64,000 bases of DNA from assembly GCA_043228905.1 (NCBI GenBank), contig JBHGNT010000111.1, positions 1 through 64,000 of the forward strand. Direction: 5' to 3'. Source of the stretch: Azolla caroliniana (Eukaryota > Plantae > Polypodiophyta). Of the stretch, positions 20,401-34,700 are shown piece by piece; position 1 is the stretch's first letter, and each line of letters starts with the position of its first letter. The notes under the pieces are model-generated. The model was not told the DNA's origin. It saw only the letters and a program-made list of their open reading frames with translations, and ran no database searches. A program made the position numbers and the translations under genes.

Positions 20401-23400
20401 GCTCGTGTGATATCGGATTTTTGTGTTCAATCATGCGAATCGAAGCTAACAACGCTAGCTATGATATGGATTGAGAAAATCTAGTTTTTGAAACTCAGGT
20501 AGAGAGACATGTCGAAATTAGCAAATTTGAGGAGGGAGTTGAGAAGAGCGTGTGGGTAGATTAAAATGTTCATACCTGGCTCGTGTGAAATCGGATTTTT
20601 GTGTCCAATCATGCGAATCGAAGCTAACAACGCTAGCTATGATATAGAACAAAAAAATCAAGATTTTGAAACTCAGGTCGAGAGACATGACGAAATTAGG
20701 AAATATGAGGAGGGAGTTGAGAAGAGGCCGTGACTAAACTAAAATGTTCATCCCTGGCTCGTGTGATATCGGATTTTAGTGTTCAAACATGCGAATCGAG
20801 GCTAACAACGCTAGCTATGATATAGAATAAAAATATCAAGATTTTGAAACTCACCTCGAGGGACATGAGGAAATTAGTAAATTTGAGGAGGGAGTTGAGA
20901 AGAGCGCGTGAGTAAATTAAAATCTTCATACCTAGCCCGTGTGATATCGGATTTTAGTGTTCAATCATGCGAATAGAAGCTAACAACGCTATCTATGATA
21001 TGGAATTAAAAAATCAAGATTTTGAAACTCAGGTCGAGAGACATGAAGAAATTAGCAAATTTGAGGAGGGAGTTGAGAAGAGGCCGTTCGGCAATGAAAA
21101 TGTTCATACCCGGCTCGTGTGATATCAGATTTTTGTGTTCAAACATGCGAATCGAGGCTAACAACGCTAGCTATGAGCAAATTTCAGGAGGGTGTTGAGA
21201 AGAGCCCGTTCGGAAATGAAAATGTTCATACCTGGCTCGTGTGATATTGGATTTTTCTGTTCAAACATGCGAATCGAAGCTAAAAACGGTAGCTATGATA
21301 TGGATTTAGAAAATCAAGATTTTGAAACTCAGGTCGAGAGACATGACGAAATTAGCAAATTTGAGGAGGGAGTTGACAATAGCGCGTGAGTAAATTAAAA
21401 TGTTCATACCTGGCTCGTGTGATATGGGATTTTTGTGTTCAACCATGCGAATCGAAGCTAACAACGTTAGCTATGATATGGATTTAGAAAATATGGATTT
21501 TGAAACTCAGGTCGAGAGACATGATGAAATTAGCAAATTTGAGGAGGGAGTTGAGAAGAGCGCGTGAGTAAATTCAAATGTTCATACCTGGCTCGTGTGA
21601 TATGGGATTTTAGTTTCAAACATGCGAATAGAAGCTAACAACACTAGCTATGATATAGAATCAAAAAATCAAGATGTTGAAACTCACGTCGAGAGACATG
21701 AAGAAATTACCAAATTTGAGGAGGGAGTTGAGAAGAGCGCGTGGGTAGATTAAAATGTTCATACCTGGCTCGTGTGATATCGGATTTTTGTGTTCAATCA
21801 TGCGAATCGAAACTAACAACGCTAGCTATAGTATGGATTGAGGAAATCTAGATTTTGAAACTCAGGTCGAGAGACATGACGAAATTAGCAAATTTGAGGA
21901 GGGAGTTGAGAAGAGCGCGTGGGTAGATTAAAATGTTCATACCTGGCTCGTGTGATATCAGATTTTAGTGTTCAAACATGCGGATCAAAGCTAACAACCC
22001 TAACTATGATATGGAATTAAAAAATCAAGATTTTGAAACTCAGGTGGAGAGACAGGACGAATTTAGCAAATTTGAGGAGGGAGTTGAGAAGCGCCCGTGA
22101 GTAAATTAAAATGTTCATACCTGGCTTGTGTGATATCGGATTTTTGTGTCCAATCATGCAAATCGAAGCTAACAACGCTAGCTATGATATAGAACAAAAC
22201 AATCAAGATTTTGAAACTCAGGTCGAGAGACATGACGAAATTAGGAAAAATGAGGAGGGAGTTGAGAAGAGGCCGTGACTAAACTAAAATGTTCATCCCT
22301 GGCTCGTGTGATATCGGATTTTAGTATCAAACATGCGAATCGAGGCTAACAACGCTAGCTATGATATAGAATAAAAAAATCAAGATTTTGAAACTCAGGT
22401 CGAGAGACATGACGAAATTATCAAATTTGAGGACGGAGTTGGGAAGAGCGCGTGAGTAAATTAAAATATTCATAACTGGCTCGTGTGATATCGGATTTTA
22501 GTTTCAAACATGCGAATGGAAGCTAACAACACTAGCTATGATATAGAATCAAAAAATCAGGATGTTGAAACTCACGTCGAGAGACATGAAGAAATTACCA
22601 AATTTGAGGAGGGAGTTGAGAAGAGCGCGTGAGTAAATTAAAATGTTCATACCTGGCTCGTGTGATATCGGATTTTTGTGTTCAAAGATGTGAATTGAAG
22701 CTAATAACACTAGCTTTGATATAGACATGACGAAATTGTCAAGATTTTAAAACTCAGGTCGAGAGACATGACGAAATTATCAATTTTGATGAGGGAGTTG
22801 AGAAGAGGCCGTTCGGAAATGAAAATGTTCATACCTAGCTTGTGTGATATCGGATTTTTGTGTTCAATCATGCGAATGGAAGCTAACAACGCTAGCTATG
22901 ATATAGAATAAAAAAATCAAGATTTTGAAACTCAGGTCGAGAGACATGACGAAATTATCAAATTTGAGGAGGGAGTTGAGAAGAGCGTGTGAGTAAATTA
23001 AAATGTTCATACCTAGCCTGTGTGATATCGGATTTTTGTGTTCAATCATGCGAATCGAAGCTAACAACGCTATCTATGATATGGATTGAGAAAATCTAGA
23101 TTTTGAAACTCAGGTAGAGAGTCATGACGAAATTAGCAAATTTGAGGAGGGAGTTCAGAAGAGCGCGTGGGTAGATTAAAATGTTCATACCTGGCTCGTG
23201 TGATATCAGATTTTTGTGTTCAAACATGCGAATCGAGGCTAACAACGCTAGCTATGATATAGAATTAAAAAATCAAGGTTTTGAAACTCAGGTCGAGAGA
23301 CATAACGAAATTAGCAAATTTCAGGAGGGTGTTGAGAAGAGCCCGTTCGGAAATGAAAATGTTCATACCTGGCTCGTGTGATATCGGATTTTAGTGTTCA

Positions 23401-26400
23401 AACATGCGAATTGAGGCTAACAACGCTAGCTATGATATAGAATTAAAAAATCAAGATTTTGAAACTCAGGTCGAGAGACATGATGAAATTTGCAAATTTG
23501 AGGAGGGAGTTGAGAAGAGCCCGTGAGTAAATTAAAATGTTCATACCTGGCTCGTGTGATATCGGATTTTAGTGTTCAATCATGCTAATGGAAGCTAACA
23601 ACGTTAGCTATGATATGGAATTAAAAAATATGGATTTTGAAACTCAGGTCGAGAGACATGACGAAATTAGCAAATTTGAGGAGGGAGTTGAGAAGAGCGC
23701 GTGAGTAAATTAAAATGTTCATACCTGGCTCGTGTGATATGGGATTTTAGTTTCAAACATGCGAATGGAAGCTAACAACGCTAGCTATGATATAGAACAA
23801 AAAAATCAAGATTTTGAAACTCAGGTCGAGAGACATGACGATATTAGGAAATATGAGGAGGGAGTTGAGAAGAGGCCGTGACTAAACTAAAATGTTCATC
23901 CCTGGCTCGTGTGATATCGGATTTTAGTGTTCAAACATGCGAATCGAGGCTAACAACGCTAGCTATGATATAGAATAAAAATATCAAGATTTTGAAACTC
24001 ACCTCGAGGGACATGAGGAAATTAGTAAATTTGAGGAGGGAGTTGAGAAGAGCGCGTGAGTAAATTAAAATCTTCATACCTAGCCCGTGTGATATCGGAT
24101 TTTAGTGTTCAATCATGCGAATAGAAGCTAACAACGCTATCTATGATATGGAATTAAAAAATCAAGATTTTGAAACTCAGGTCGAGAGACATGAAGAAAT
24201 TAGCAAATTTGAGGAGGGAGTTGAGAAGAGGCCGTTCGGCAATGAAAATGTTCATACCCGGCTCGTGTGATATCAGATTTTTGTGTTCAAACATGCGAAT
24301 CGAGGCTAACAACGCTAGCTATGAGCAAATTTCAGGAGGGTGTTGAGAAGAGCCCGTTCGGAAATGAAAATGTTCATACCTGGCTCGTGTGATATTGGAT
24401 TTTTCTGTTCAAACATGCGAATCGAAGCTAAAAACGGTAGCTATGATATGGATTTAGAAAATCAAGATTTTGAAACTCAGGTCGAGAGACATGACGAAAT
24501 TAGCAAATTTGAGGAGGGAGTTGACAATAGCGCGTGAGTAAATTAAAATGTTCATACCTGGCTCGTGTGATATGGGATTTTTGTGTTCAACCATGCGAAT
24601 CGAAGCTAACAACGTTAGCTATGATATGGATTTAGAAAATATGGATTTTGAAACTCAGGCCGAGAGACATGATGAAATTAGCAAATTTGAGGAGGGAGTT
24701 GAGAAGAGCGCGTGAGTAAATTCAAATGTTCATACCTGGCTCGTGTGATATGGGATTTTAGTTTCAAACATGCGAATAGAAGCTAACAACACTAGCTATG
24801 ATATAGAATCAAAAAATCAAGATGTTGAAACTCACGTCGAGAGACATGAAGAAATTACCAAATTTGAGGAGGGAGTTGAGAAGAGCGCGTGGGTAGATTA
24901 AAATGTTCATACCTGGCTCGTGTGATATCGGATTTTTGTGTTCAATCATGCGAATCGAAACTAACAACGCTAGCTATGATATGGATTGAGGAAATCTAGA
25001 TTTTGAAACTCAGGTCGAGAGACATGACGAAATTAGCAAATTTGAGGAGGGAGTTGAGAAGAGCGCGTGGGTAGATTAAAATGTTCATACCTGGCTCGTG
25101 TGATATCAGATTTTAGTGTTCAAACATGCGGATCAAAGCTAACAACCCTAACTATGATAGGAATTAAAAAATCAAGATTTTGAAACTCAGGTGGAGAGAC
25201 AGGACGAATTTAGCAAATTTGAGGAGGGAGTTGAGAAGCGCCCGTGAGTAAATTAAAATGTTCATACCTGGCTCGTGTGATATCGTATTTTTGTGTCCAA
25301 TCATGCAAATCGAAGCTAACAACGCTAGCTATGATATAGAACAAAACAATCAAGATTTTGAAACTCAGGTCGAGAGACATGACGAAACTAGGAAAAATGA
25401 GGAGGGAGTTGAGAAGAGGCCGTGACTAAACTAAAATGTTCATCCCTGGCTCGTGTGATATCGGATTTTAGTATCAAACATTCGAATCGAGGCTAACAAC
25501 GCTAGCTATGATATAGAATAAAAAAATCAAGATTTTGAAACTCAGGTCGAGAGACATGACGAAATTATCAAATTTGAGGACGGAGTTGGGAAGAGCGCGT
25601 GAGTAAATTAAAATATTCATAACTGGCTCGTGTGATATCGGATTTTAGTTTCAAACATGCGAATGGAAGCTAACAACACTAGCTATGATATAGAATCAAA
25701 AAATCAAGATGTTGAAACTCACGTCGAGAGACATGAAGAAATTACCAAATTTGAGGAGGGAGTTGAGAAGAGCGCGTGAGTAAATTAAAATGTTCATACC
25801 TGGCTCGTGTGATATCGGATTTTTGTGTTCAAAGATGTGAATTGAAGCTAATAACACTAGCTTTGATATAGACATGACGAAATTGTCAAGATTTTAAAAC
25901 TCAGGTCGAGAGACATGACGAAATTATCAATTTTGATGAGGGAGTTGAGAAGAGGCCGTTCGGAAATGAAAATGTTCATACCTAGCTTGTGTGATATCGG
26001 ATTTTTGTGTTCAATCATGCGAATGGAAGCTAACAACGCTAGCTATGATATAGAGTAAAAAAATCAAGATTTTGAAACTCAGGTCGAGAGACATGACGAA
26101 ATTATCAAATTTGAGGAGGGAGTTGAGAAGAGCGTGTGAGTAAATTAAAATGTTCATACCTAGCCCGTGTGATATCGGATTTTTGTGTTCAATCATGCGA
26201 ATCGAAGCTAACAACGCTATCTATGATATGGATTGAGAAAATCTAGATTTTGAAACTCAGGTAGAGAGTCATGACGAAATTAGCAAATTTGAGGAGGGAG
26301 TTCAGAAGAGCGCGTGGGTAGATTAAAATGTTCATACCTGGCTCGTGTGATATCAGATTTTTGTGTTCAAACATGCGAATCGAGGCTAACAACGCTAGCT

Positions 26401-29400
26401 ATGATATAGAATTAAAAAATCAAGGTTTTGAAACTCAGGTCGAGAGACATAACGAAATTAGCAAATTTCAGGAGGGTGTTTAGAAGAGCCCGTTCGGAAA
26501 TGAAAATGTTCATACCTGGCTCGTGTGATATCGGATTTTAGTGTTCAAACATGCGAATTGAGGCTAACAACGCTAGCTATGATATAGAATTAAAAAATCA
26601 AGATTTTGAAACTCAGGTCGAGAGACATGATGAAATTTGCAAATTTGAGGAGGGAGTTGAGAAGAGCCCGTGAGTAAATTAAAATGTTCATACCTGGCTC
26701 GTGTGATATCGGATTTTAGTGTTCAATCATGCAAATGGAAGCTAACAACGTTAGCTATGATATGGAATTAAAAAATATGGATTTTGAAACTCAGGTCGAG
26801 AGACATGACGAAATTAGCAAATTTGAGGAGGGAGTTGAGAAGAGCGCGTGAGTAAATTAAAATGTTCATACCTGGCTCGTGTGATATGGGATTTTAGTTT
26901 CAAACATGCGAATGGAAGCTAACAACACTAGCTATGATATAGAATCAAAAAATCAAGATGTTGAAAGTCACGTCGAGAGACATGAAGAAATTACCAAATT
27001 TGAGGAGGGAGTTGAGAAGAGCGCGTGGGTAGATTAAAATGTTCATACCTGGCTCGTGTGATATCGGATTTTTGTGTTCAATCATGCGAATCGAAACTAA
27101 CAACGCTAGCTATGATCTGGATTGAGGAAATCTAGATTTGGAAACTCAGGTCGAGAGACATGACGAAGTTAGCAAATTTGAGGAGGGAGTTGAGCAGAGC
27201 GCGTGGGTAGATTAAAATGTTCATACCTGGCTCGTGTGATATCGGATTTTAGTGTTCAAACATGCGGATGGAAGCTAACAACCCTAACTATGATATGGAA
27301 TTAAAAACTCAAGATTTTGAAACTCAGGTGGAGAGACATGACGAAATTAGTAAATTTGAGGAGGGAGTTGAGAAGAGGCCGTTCGGAAATGAAAATGTTT
27401 ATACCCGGCTCGTGTGATATCGGATTTTTGTGTTCAAACATGCGAATCGAGGCTAACATCGCTAGCTATGATATAGAATTAAAAAATCAAGCTTTTGAAA
27501 CTCAGGTCGAGAGACATGACGAAATTAGCAAATTTCAGGAGGGTGTTGAGAAGAGCCCGTTCGGAAATGAAAATGTTCATACCTGGCTCGTGTGGTATTG
27601 GATTTTTGTGTTCAAACATGCGAATCGAAGCTAACAACGCTAGCTATGATATGGAATCAAAAAATCAAGATGTTGAAACTCACGTCGGTAGCTATGATAT
27701 CGAATTAAAAAATCAAGGTTTTGAAACTCAGGTCGAGAGACATGACGAAATTAGCAAATTTGAGGAGGGTGTTGAGAAGAGCCCGTCCGGAAATGAAAAT
27801 GTTCATACCTGGCTCGTGTGATATTGGATTTTTGTGTTCAAACATGCGAATCGAAGCTAACAACGGTAGCTATGATATGGATTTAGAAAATCAAGATTTT
27901 GAAACTCAGGTCGAGAGACATGACGAAATTAGCAAATTTGAGGAGGGAGTTGAGAGTAGCGCGTGAGTAAATTAAAATGTTCATACCTGGCTCGTGTGAT
28001 ATGGGATTTTTGTGTTCAACCATGCGAATCGAAGCTAACAACGTTAGCTATGATATGGATTTAGAAAATATGGATTTTGAAACTCAGGTCGAGAGACATG
28101 ATGAAATTAGCAAATTTGAGGAGGGAGTTGAGAAGAGCGCGTGAGTAAATTCAAATGTTCATACCTGGCTCGTGTGATATGGGATTATAGTTTCAAACAT
28201 GCGAATGGAAGCTAACAACACTAGCTATGGTATAGAATCAAAAAATCAAGATGTTGAAACTCACGTCGAGAGACATGAAGAAATTACCAAATTTGAGGAG
28301 GGAGTTGAGAAGAGCGCGTGGGTAGATGAAAATGTTCATACCTGGCTCGTGTGATATCGGATTTTTGTGTTCAATCATTGGAATCGAAACTAACAACGCT
28401 AGCTATGATATGGATTGAGGAAATCTAGATTTTGAAACTCAGGTCGAGAGACATGACGAAATTAGCAAATTTGAGGAGGGAGTTGAGAAGAGCTCGTGGG
28501 TAGATTAAAATGTTCATACCTGGTTCGTGTGATATCAGATTTTAGTGTTCAAACATGCGGATCGAAGCTAACAACCCTAACTATGATATAGAATTAAAAA
28601 ATCAAGATTTTGAAACTCAGGTGGAGAGACATGACGAATTTAGCAAATTTGAGGAGGGAGTTGAGAAGAGCCCGTGAGTAAATTAAAATGTTCATACCTG
28701 GCTCGTGTGATATCGGATTTTTGTGTCCAATCATGCGAATCGAAGCTAACAACGGTAGCTATGATATAGAACAAAACTATCAAGATTTTGAAACTCAGGT
28801 CGAGAGACATGACGAAATTAGGAAAAATGAGGACGGAGTTGAGAAGAGGCCGTGACTAAACTAAAATGTTCATCCCTGGGTCGTGTGATATCAGATTTTA
28901 GTGTTCAAAGATGCGAATCGAGGCTAACAACGCTAGCTATGATATAGAATAAAAAAACCAAGATTTTGAAACTCAGGTCGAGAGACATGACGAAATTATC
29001 AAATTTGAGGACGGAGTTGGGAAGAGCGCGTGAGTAAATTAAAATATTCATAACTGGCTCTTGTGATATCGGATTTTAGTTTCAAACATGCGAATGGAAG
29101 CTAACAACACTAGCTATGATATAGAATCAAAAAATCAAGATGTTGAAACTCACGTCGAGAGACATGACGAAATTAGCAAATTTGAGGAGGGAGTTGAGAA
29201 GAGCGCGTGAGTAAATTAAAATGTTCATACCTGGCTCGTGTGATATCGGATTATTGTGTTCAAAGATGTGAATTGAAGCTAATAACACTAGCTTTGATAT
29301 AGACATGACGAAATTGTCAAGATTTTAAAACTCAGGTCGAGAGACATGACGAAATTATCAAATTTGACGAGGGAGTTGAGAAGAGGCCGTTCGGAAATGA

Positions 29401-31778
29401 AAATGTTCATACCTAGTTTGTGTGATATCGTATTTTTGTGTCCAATCATGCGAATGGAAGCTAACAACGCTAGCTATGATATAGAATAAAAAAATCAAGA
29501 TTTCGAAACTCAGGTCGAGAGACATGACGAAATTATTAAATTTGAGGAGGGAGTTGAGAAGAGCGTGTGGGTAAATTAAAATGTTCATACCTAGCCCGTG
29601 TGATATCGGATTTTTGTGTTCAATCATGCGAATCGAAGCTAACAATGCTAGCTATGATATGGATTGAGAAAATCTAGATTTTGAAACTCAGGTAGAGAGA
29701 CATGACGAAATTAGCAAATTTGAGGAGGGAGTTGAGAAGAGCGCGTGGGTAGATTAAAATGTTCATACCTGGCTCGTGTGATATCAGATTTTTGTGTTCA
29801 AACATGCGAATCGAGGCTAACAACGCTACCTATGATATAGAATTAAAAAATCAAGGTTTTGAAACTCAGGTCGAGAGACATGACGAAATTAGCAAATTTC
29901 AGGAGGGTGTTGAGAAGAGCCCGTTCGGAAATGAAAATGTTCATACCTGGCTCGTGTGATATCGGATTTTAGTGTTCAAACATGCGAATCGAGGCTAACA
30001 ACGCTAGCTATGATATAGAATTAAAAAATCAAGGTTTTGAAACTCAGGTCGAGAGACATGACGAAATTAGCAAATTTGAGGAGGGAGTTGAGAAGAGCCT
30101 GTGAGTAAATGAAAATGTTTATACCTGGCTCGTGTGATATCGGATTTTGGTGTTCAAACATGCGGATCGAAGCTAACAACGCTAACTATGATATGGAATT
30201 AAAAAATCAAGATTTTAAAACTCAGGTGGAGAGACATGACGAAATTAGCAAATTTGAGGAGGGAGTTGAGAAAAGCCCGTGAGTAAATTAAAATGTTCAT
30301 ACCTGGCTCGTGTGATATCGGATTTCAGTGTTTAATAATGCTATCGAGGCTAACAACGCTACGTATGATATGGAATTAAAAAATCAAGATTTTGAAACTC
30401 AGGTCGAGAGACATGACGAAATTAGCAAATTTGAGGAGGGAGTGGAGAAGAGGCCGTTTGGAAATGAAAATGTTCATACCCGGCTCGTGTGATATCGGAT
30501 TTTTGTGTTCAAACATGCGAATCGAGGCTAACAACGCTAGCTATGATATAGAATGAAAAAATCAAGGTTTTGAAACTCAGGTCGAGAGACATGACGAAAT
30601 TAGCAAATTTCAAGAGGGTGTTGAGAAGAGGCCGTTCGGAAATGAAAATGTTAATACCTGGCTCGTCTGATATTGGATTTTTGTGTTCAACCATGCGAAT
30701 CGAGGCTAACAACGCTAGGTATGATATGGAATTAAAAAATCAAGATTTTGAAACTCAGGTCGAGAGACATGACGAAATTATCAAATTTGAGGACGGAGTT
30801 GGGAAGAGTGCGTGAGTAAATTAAAATATTCATAACTGGCTCGTGTGATATCGGATTTTAGTTTCAAACATGCGAATCGAAGCTAACAACGCTAGCTATG
30901 ATATGGATTGAGAAAATCTAGATTTTGAAACTCAGTTAGAGAGACATGACGAAATTAGCAAATTTGAGGAGGGAGTTGAAAAGAGCGCGTGGGTAGATTA
31001 AAATGTTCATACCTGGCTCGTGTGATATCGGATTTTAGTGTTCAAACATGCGAATCGAGGCTAACAACGCTAGCTATAATATAGAATTAAAAAGTCAAGA
31101 TTTTGAAACTTAGGTCGAGAGACATGACGAAATTAGCAAATTTGAGGAGAAGAGCCTGTGAGTAAATGAAAATGTTTATACCTGGCTCGTGTGATATCGG
31201 ATTTTGGTGTTCAAATATGCGAATCGAAGCTAACAACGCTAGCTATGATATCGAATTAAAAAATCAAGATTTTAAAACTGAGGCCGAGAGACATGATGAA
31301 ATTTGCATATTTGAGGAGGTAGTGGAGAAGAGCGCGTGAGTAAATTAAAATGCTCATACCTGGCTCGTGTGATATCGGATTTTAGTGTTCAAACATGCGA
31401 ATCGAAGCTAACAACCCTAACTATGATATGGAATTAAGAAATCGAGATTTTAAAACTCAGGTGGAGAGACATGACGAAATTCGCAAATTTGAGGAGGGAG
31501 TTGAGAAAAGCCCGTGAGTAAATTAAAATGTTCATTCCTGGCTCGTGTGATATCGGATTTCAGTGTTTAATAATGCGTATCGAGGCTAACAACGCTAGGT
31601 ATGATATGGAATTAAAAAATCAAGATTTTGAAACTCAGGTCGAGAGACATCACGAAATTAGCAAATTTGAGGAGGGAGTTGAGAAGAGGCCGTTCGGAAA
31701 TGAAAATGTTCATACCTCGCTCGTGTGATATTGGATTTTTGTGTTCAAACATGCGAATCGAAGCTAACAACGCTAGCT
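17422..31778 (+). repeat. 178-bp tandem satellite, forward block (about 80 monomers)
   Basis: GTCGAGAGACAT recurs at 17457, 17635, 17813, 17991 and 18169 (period 178). Approximate consensus: GCTAGCTATGATATGGAATTAAAAAATCAAGATTTTGAAACTCAGGTCGAGAGACATGACGAAATTAGCAAATTTGAGGAGGGAGTTGAGAAGAGCGCGTGAGTAAATTAAAATGTTCATACCTGGCTCGTGTGATATCGGATTTTTGTGTTCAAACATGCGAATCGAAGCTAACAAC. Confidence 0.97.
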
Positions 31779-34700
31779 CGATTCGCATGTTTGAACACAA
31801 AAATCCGATATCACACGAGCCGGGTATGAACATTTTAATTTCCAAACGGCCTCCTCTCAACTCCCTCCTCAAATTTGCTAATTCGTCATGTCTCTCGACC
31901 TGCGTTTCAAAATCTTGATTTTTTAATTCAATATCATACCTAGTGTTGTTAGCCTCGATAGGCATTATTAAACACTGAAATCCGATATCACACGAGGCAG
32001 GTATGAACATTTTAATCTACCCACGCGCTCTTCTCAACTCCCTCCTCAAATTTGCTAATTTCGTCATGTCTCTCGACCTGAGTTTCTTCAATCCATATCA
32101 TAGCTAGCGTTGTTAGCTTCGATTCGCATGGTTGAACACAAAAATCCGATATCACACGAACCAGGTATGAACATTTTATCTTACCCACACGCTCTTCTCA
32201 ACTCCCTCCTCAAATTTGCTAAATTCGTCATGTCTCTCCACATGAGTTTCAAATTCTTGATTTTTTAATTCCATATCATAGTTAGGGTTGTTCGCTTCGA
32301 TCCGCATGTTTGAACACTAAAATCTGATATCACACGAGCCAGATATGAACATTTTAATCTACCCACGCGCTCTTCTCAACTCCCTCCTCAAATTTGCCAA
32401 TTTCGTCATGTCTGTCGACCTGCGTTTCAAAATTCATATTTTCTAAATCCATATCATAGCTAGCGTTGTTAGCTTCGATTCGCATGTTTGAACACTAAAA
32501 TCCGATATCACACGAGCAAGGTATGAACATTTTAATTTACCCACACGCTCTTCTGAACTCCCTCCTCAAATTTGCTAATTTCGTCATGTCTCTCGACCTG
32601 AGTTTCAAAATCTAGATTTTCTCAATCCATATCATAGCTAGCGTTGTTAGCTTCGATTCCCATGATTGAACACAAAAATCCGATATCACACGAGCCAGGT
32701 ATGAACATTTTAATTTACCCACACGCTCTTCTCAACTTCCTCCTCAAATTTGCTAATTTCGTCATGTCTCTCGACCTGAGTTTCAAAATCCATATTTACT
32801 AAATCCATATCATAGCTAGCGTTGTTAGCCTCGATTCGCATGTTTGAACACTAAAATCCGATATCACACGAGCCAGGGATGAACATTTTCATTTCCGAAC
32901 GGGCTCTTCTCAACACCCTCCTGAAATTTGCTAATTTCATCATGTCTCTCGACCTGAGTTTCAAAACCTTGATTTTTTAATTCTATATCATAGCTAGCGA
33001 TGTTAGCCTCGATTCGCATGTTTGAACACAAAAATCCGAGATCACACGAGCCGGGTATGAACATTTTCATTTCCGAACGGCCTCTTCTTAACTCCCTCCT
33101 CAAATTTGCTAATTTCGTCATGTCTTTCGACCTGAGTTTCAAAATCTTGATTTTTTAATTCCATGTCATAGCTAGCGTTGTTACCTTCGATTCGCATGAT
33201 TGAACTCTAAAATCCGATATCACACGGGCTAGGTATGAAGATTTTAATTTACTCACGCGCTCTTCTCAACTCCCTCCTCAAATTTACTAATTTCGTCATG
33301 TCCCTCGACGTGAGTTTCAAAATCTTGATTTTTTTTTTCTATATCATACCTAGCGTTGTTAGCCTCGATTCGCATGTTTGAACACTAAGATCCGATATCA
33401 CACGAGAAGGTGATGAACATTTTAGTTTAGTCACGGCCTCTTCTCAACTCCCTCCTCATTTTTCCTAATTTCATCATGTCTCTCGACCTGAGTTTCATAA
33501 TCTTGATTTTTTTGTTCTATATCATAGCTAGCGTCGTTAGCTTCGATTCGCATGATTGGACACAAAAATCCGATATCACACGAGCCAAGTATGAACATTT
33601 TAATTTACTTACGGGCTCTTCTCAACTCCCTCCTCAAATTTGCTAATTTCGTCATGTCTCTCGACCTGAGTTTTAAAATCATGATTTTCTAATTCCATAT
33701 CATAGCTAGCGTTTTTAGCTTCCATTAGCATGATTGAACACTAAAATCCCATATCACACGAGCCAGGTATGAACATTTTAATTTACTCACGCGCTCTTCT
33801 CAACTCCCTCCTCAAATTTGCTAATTTCGTCATGTCTCTTGACCTGAGTTTCAAAATCCATATTTTCTAAATCCATATCATAGCTAGCGTTGTTAGCTTC
33901 GATTCGCATGGTTGAACACAGAAATCCCATATCACACGAGCCAGGTATGAACATTTTAATTGACTCACGCGCTCTTCTCAACTCCCTCCTCAAATTTGAT
34001 AATTTCGTCATGTCTCTCGACCTGAATTTCAAAATCTTGATTTTCTGAATCCATATCATAGCTAGCGTTGTTAGCTTCGATTCTCAACTCCCTCCTCAAA
34101 TTTGCTAATTTCGTGGTGTCTCTCCACCTGAGTTTTAAAATCTTGATTTTTTAATTCCATATCATAGTTAGGGTTGTTAGCTTCGATTCACATGTTTGAA
34201 CAGTAAAATCCGATATCACACGAGCCAGGTATGAACATTTTAATTTACCCACGCGCTCTTCTCCACTACCTCCTCAAATTTGCTAATTTCGTCATGTCAC
34301 TCGACCTGAGTTTCAAAATCTTGATTTTTTAATTCATATCATAGCTAGCGTTGTTAGCTTCGATTCGCATGATTGAACACAAAAATCCGATATCACACGG
34401 GCTAGGTATGAACATTTTAATTTACCCACACGCTCTTCTCAACTCCCTCCTCAAATTTGATAATTTCGTCATGTCTCTCGACCTGAGTTTCAAAATCTTG
34501 ATTTTTTTATTCTATATCATAGCTAGTGTTATTAGCATCGATTCACATCTTTGAACACAAAAATCCGATATCACACAAGCTAGGTATGAACATTTTCATT
34601 TCCGAACGGCCTCTTCTCAACTCCCTCCTCAAATTTGATAATTTCGTCATGTCTCTCGACCTGAGTTTTAAAATCTTGATAATTTCGTCAGCCTATATCA

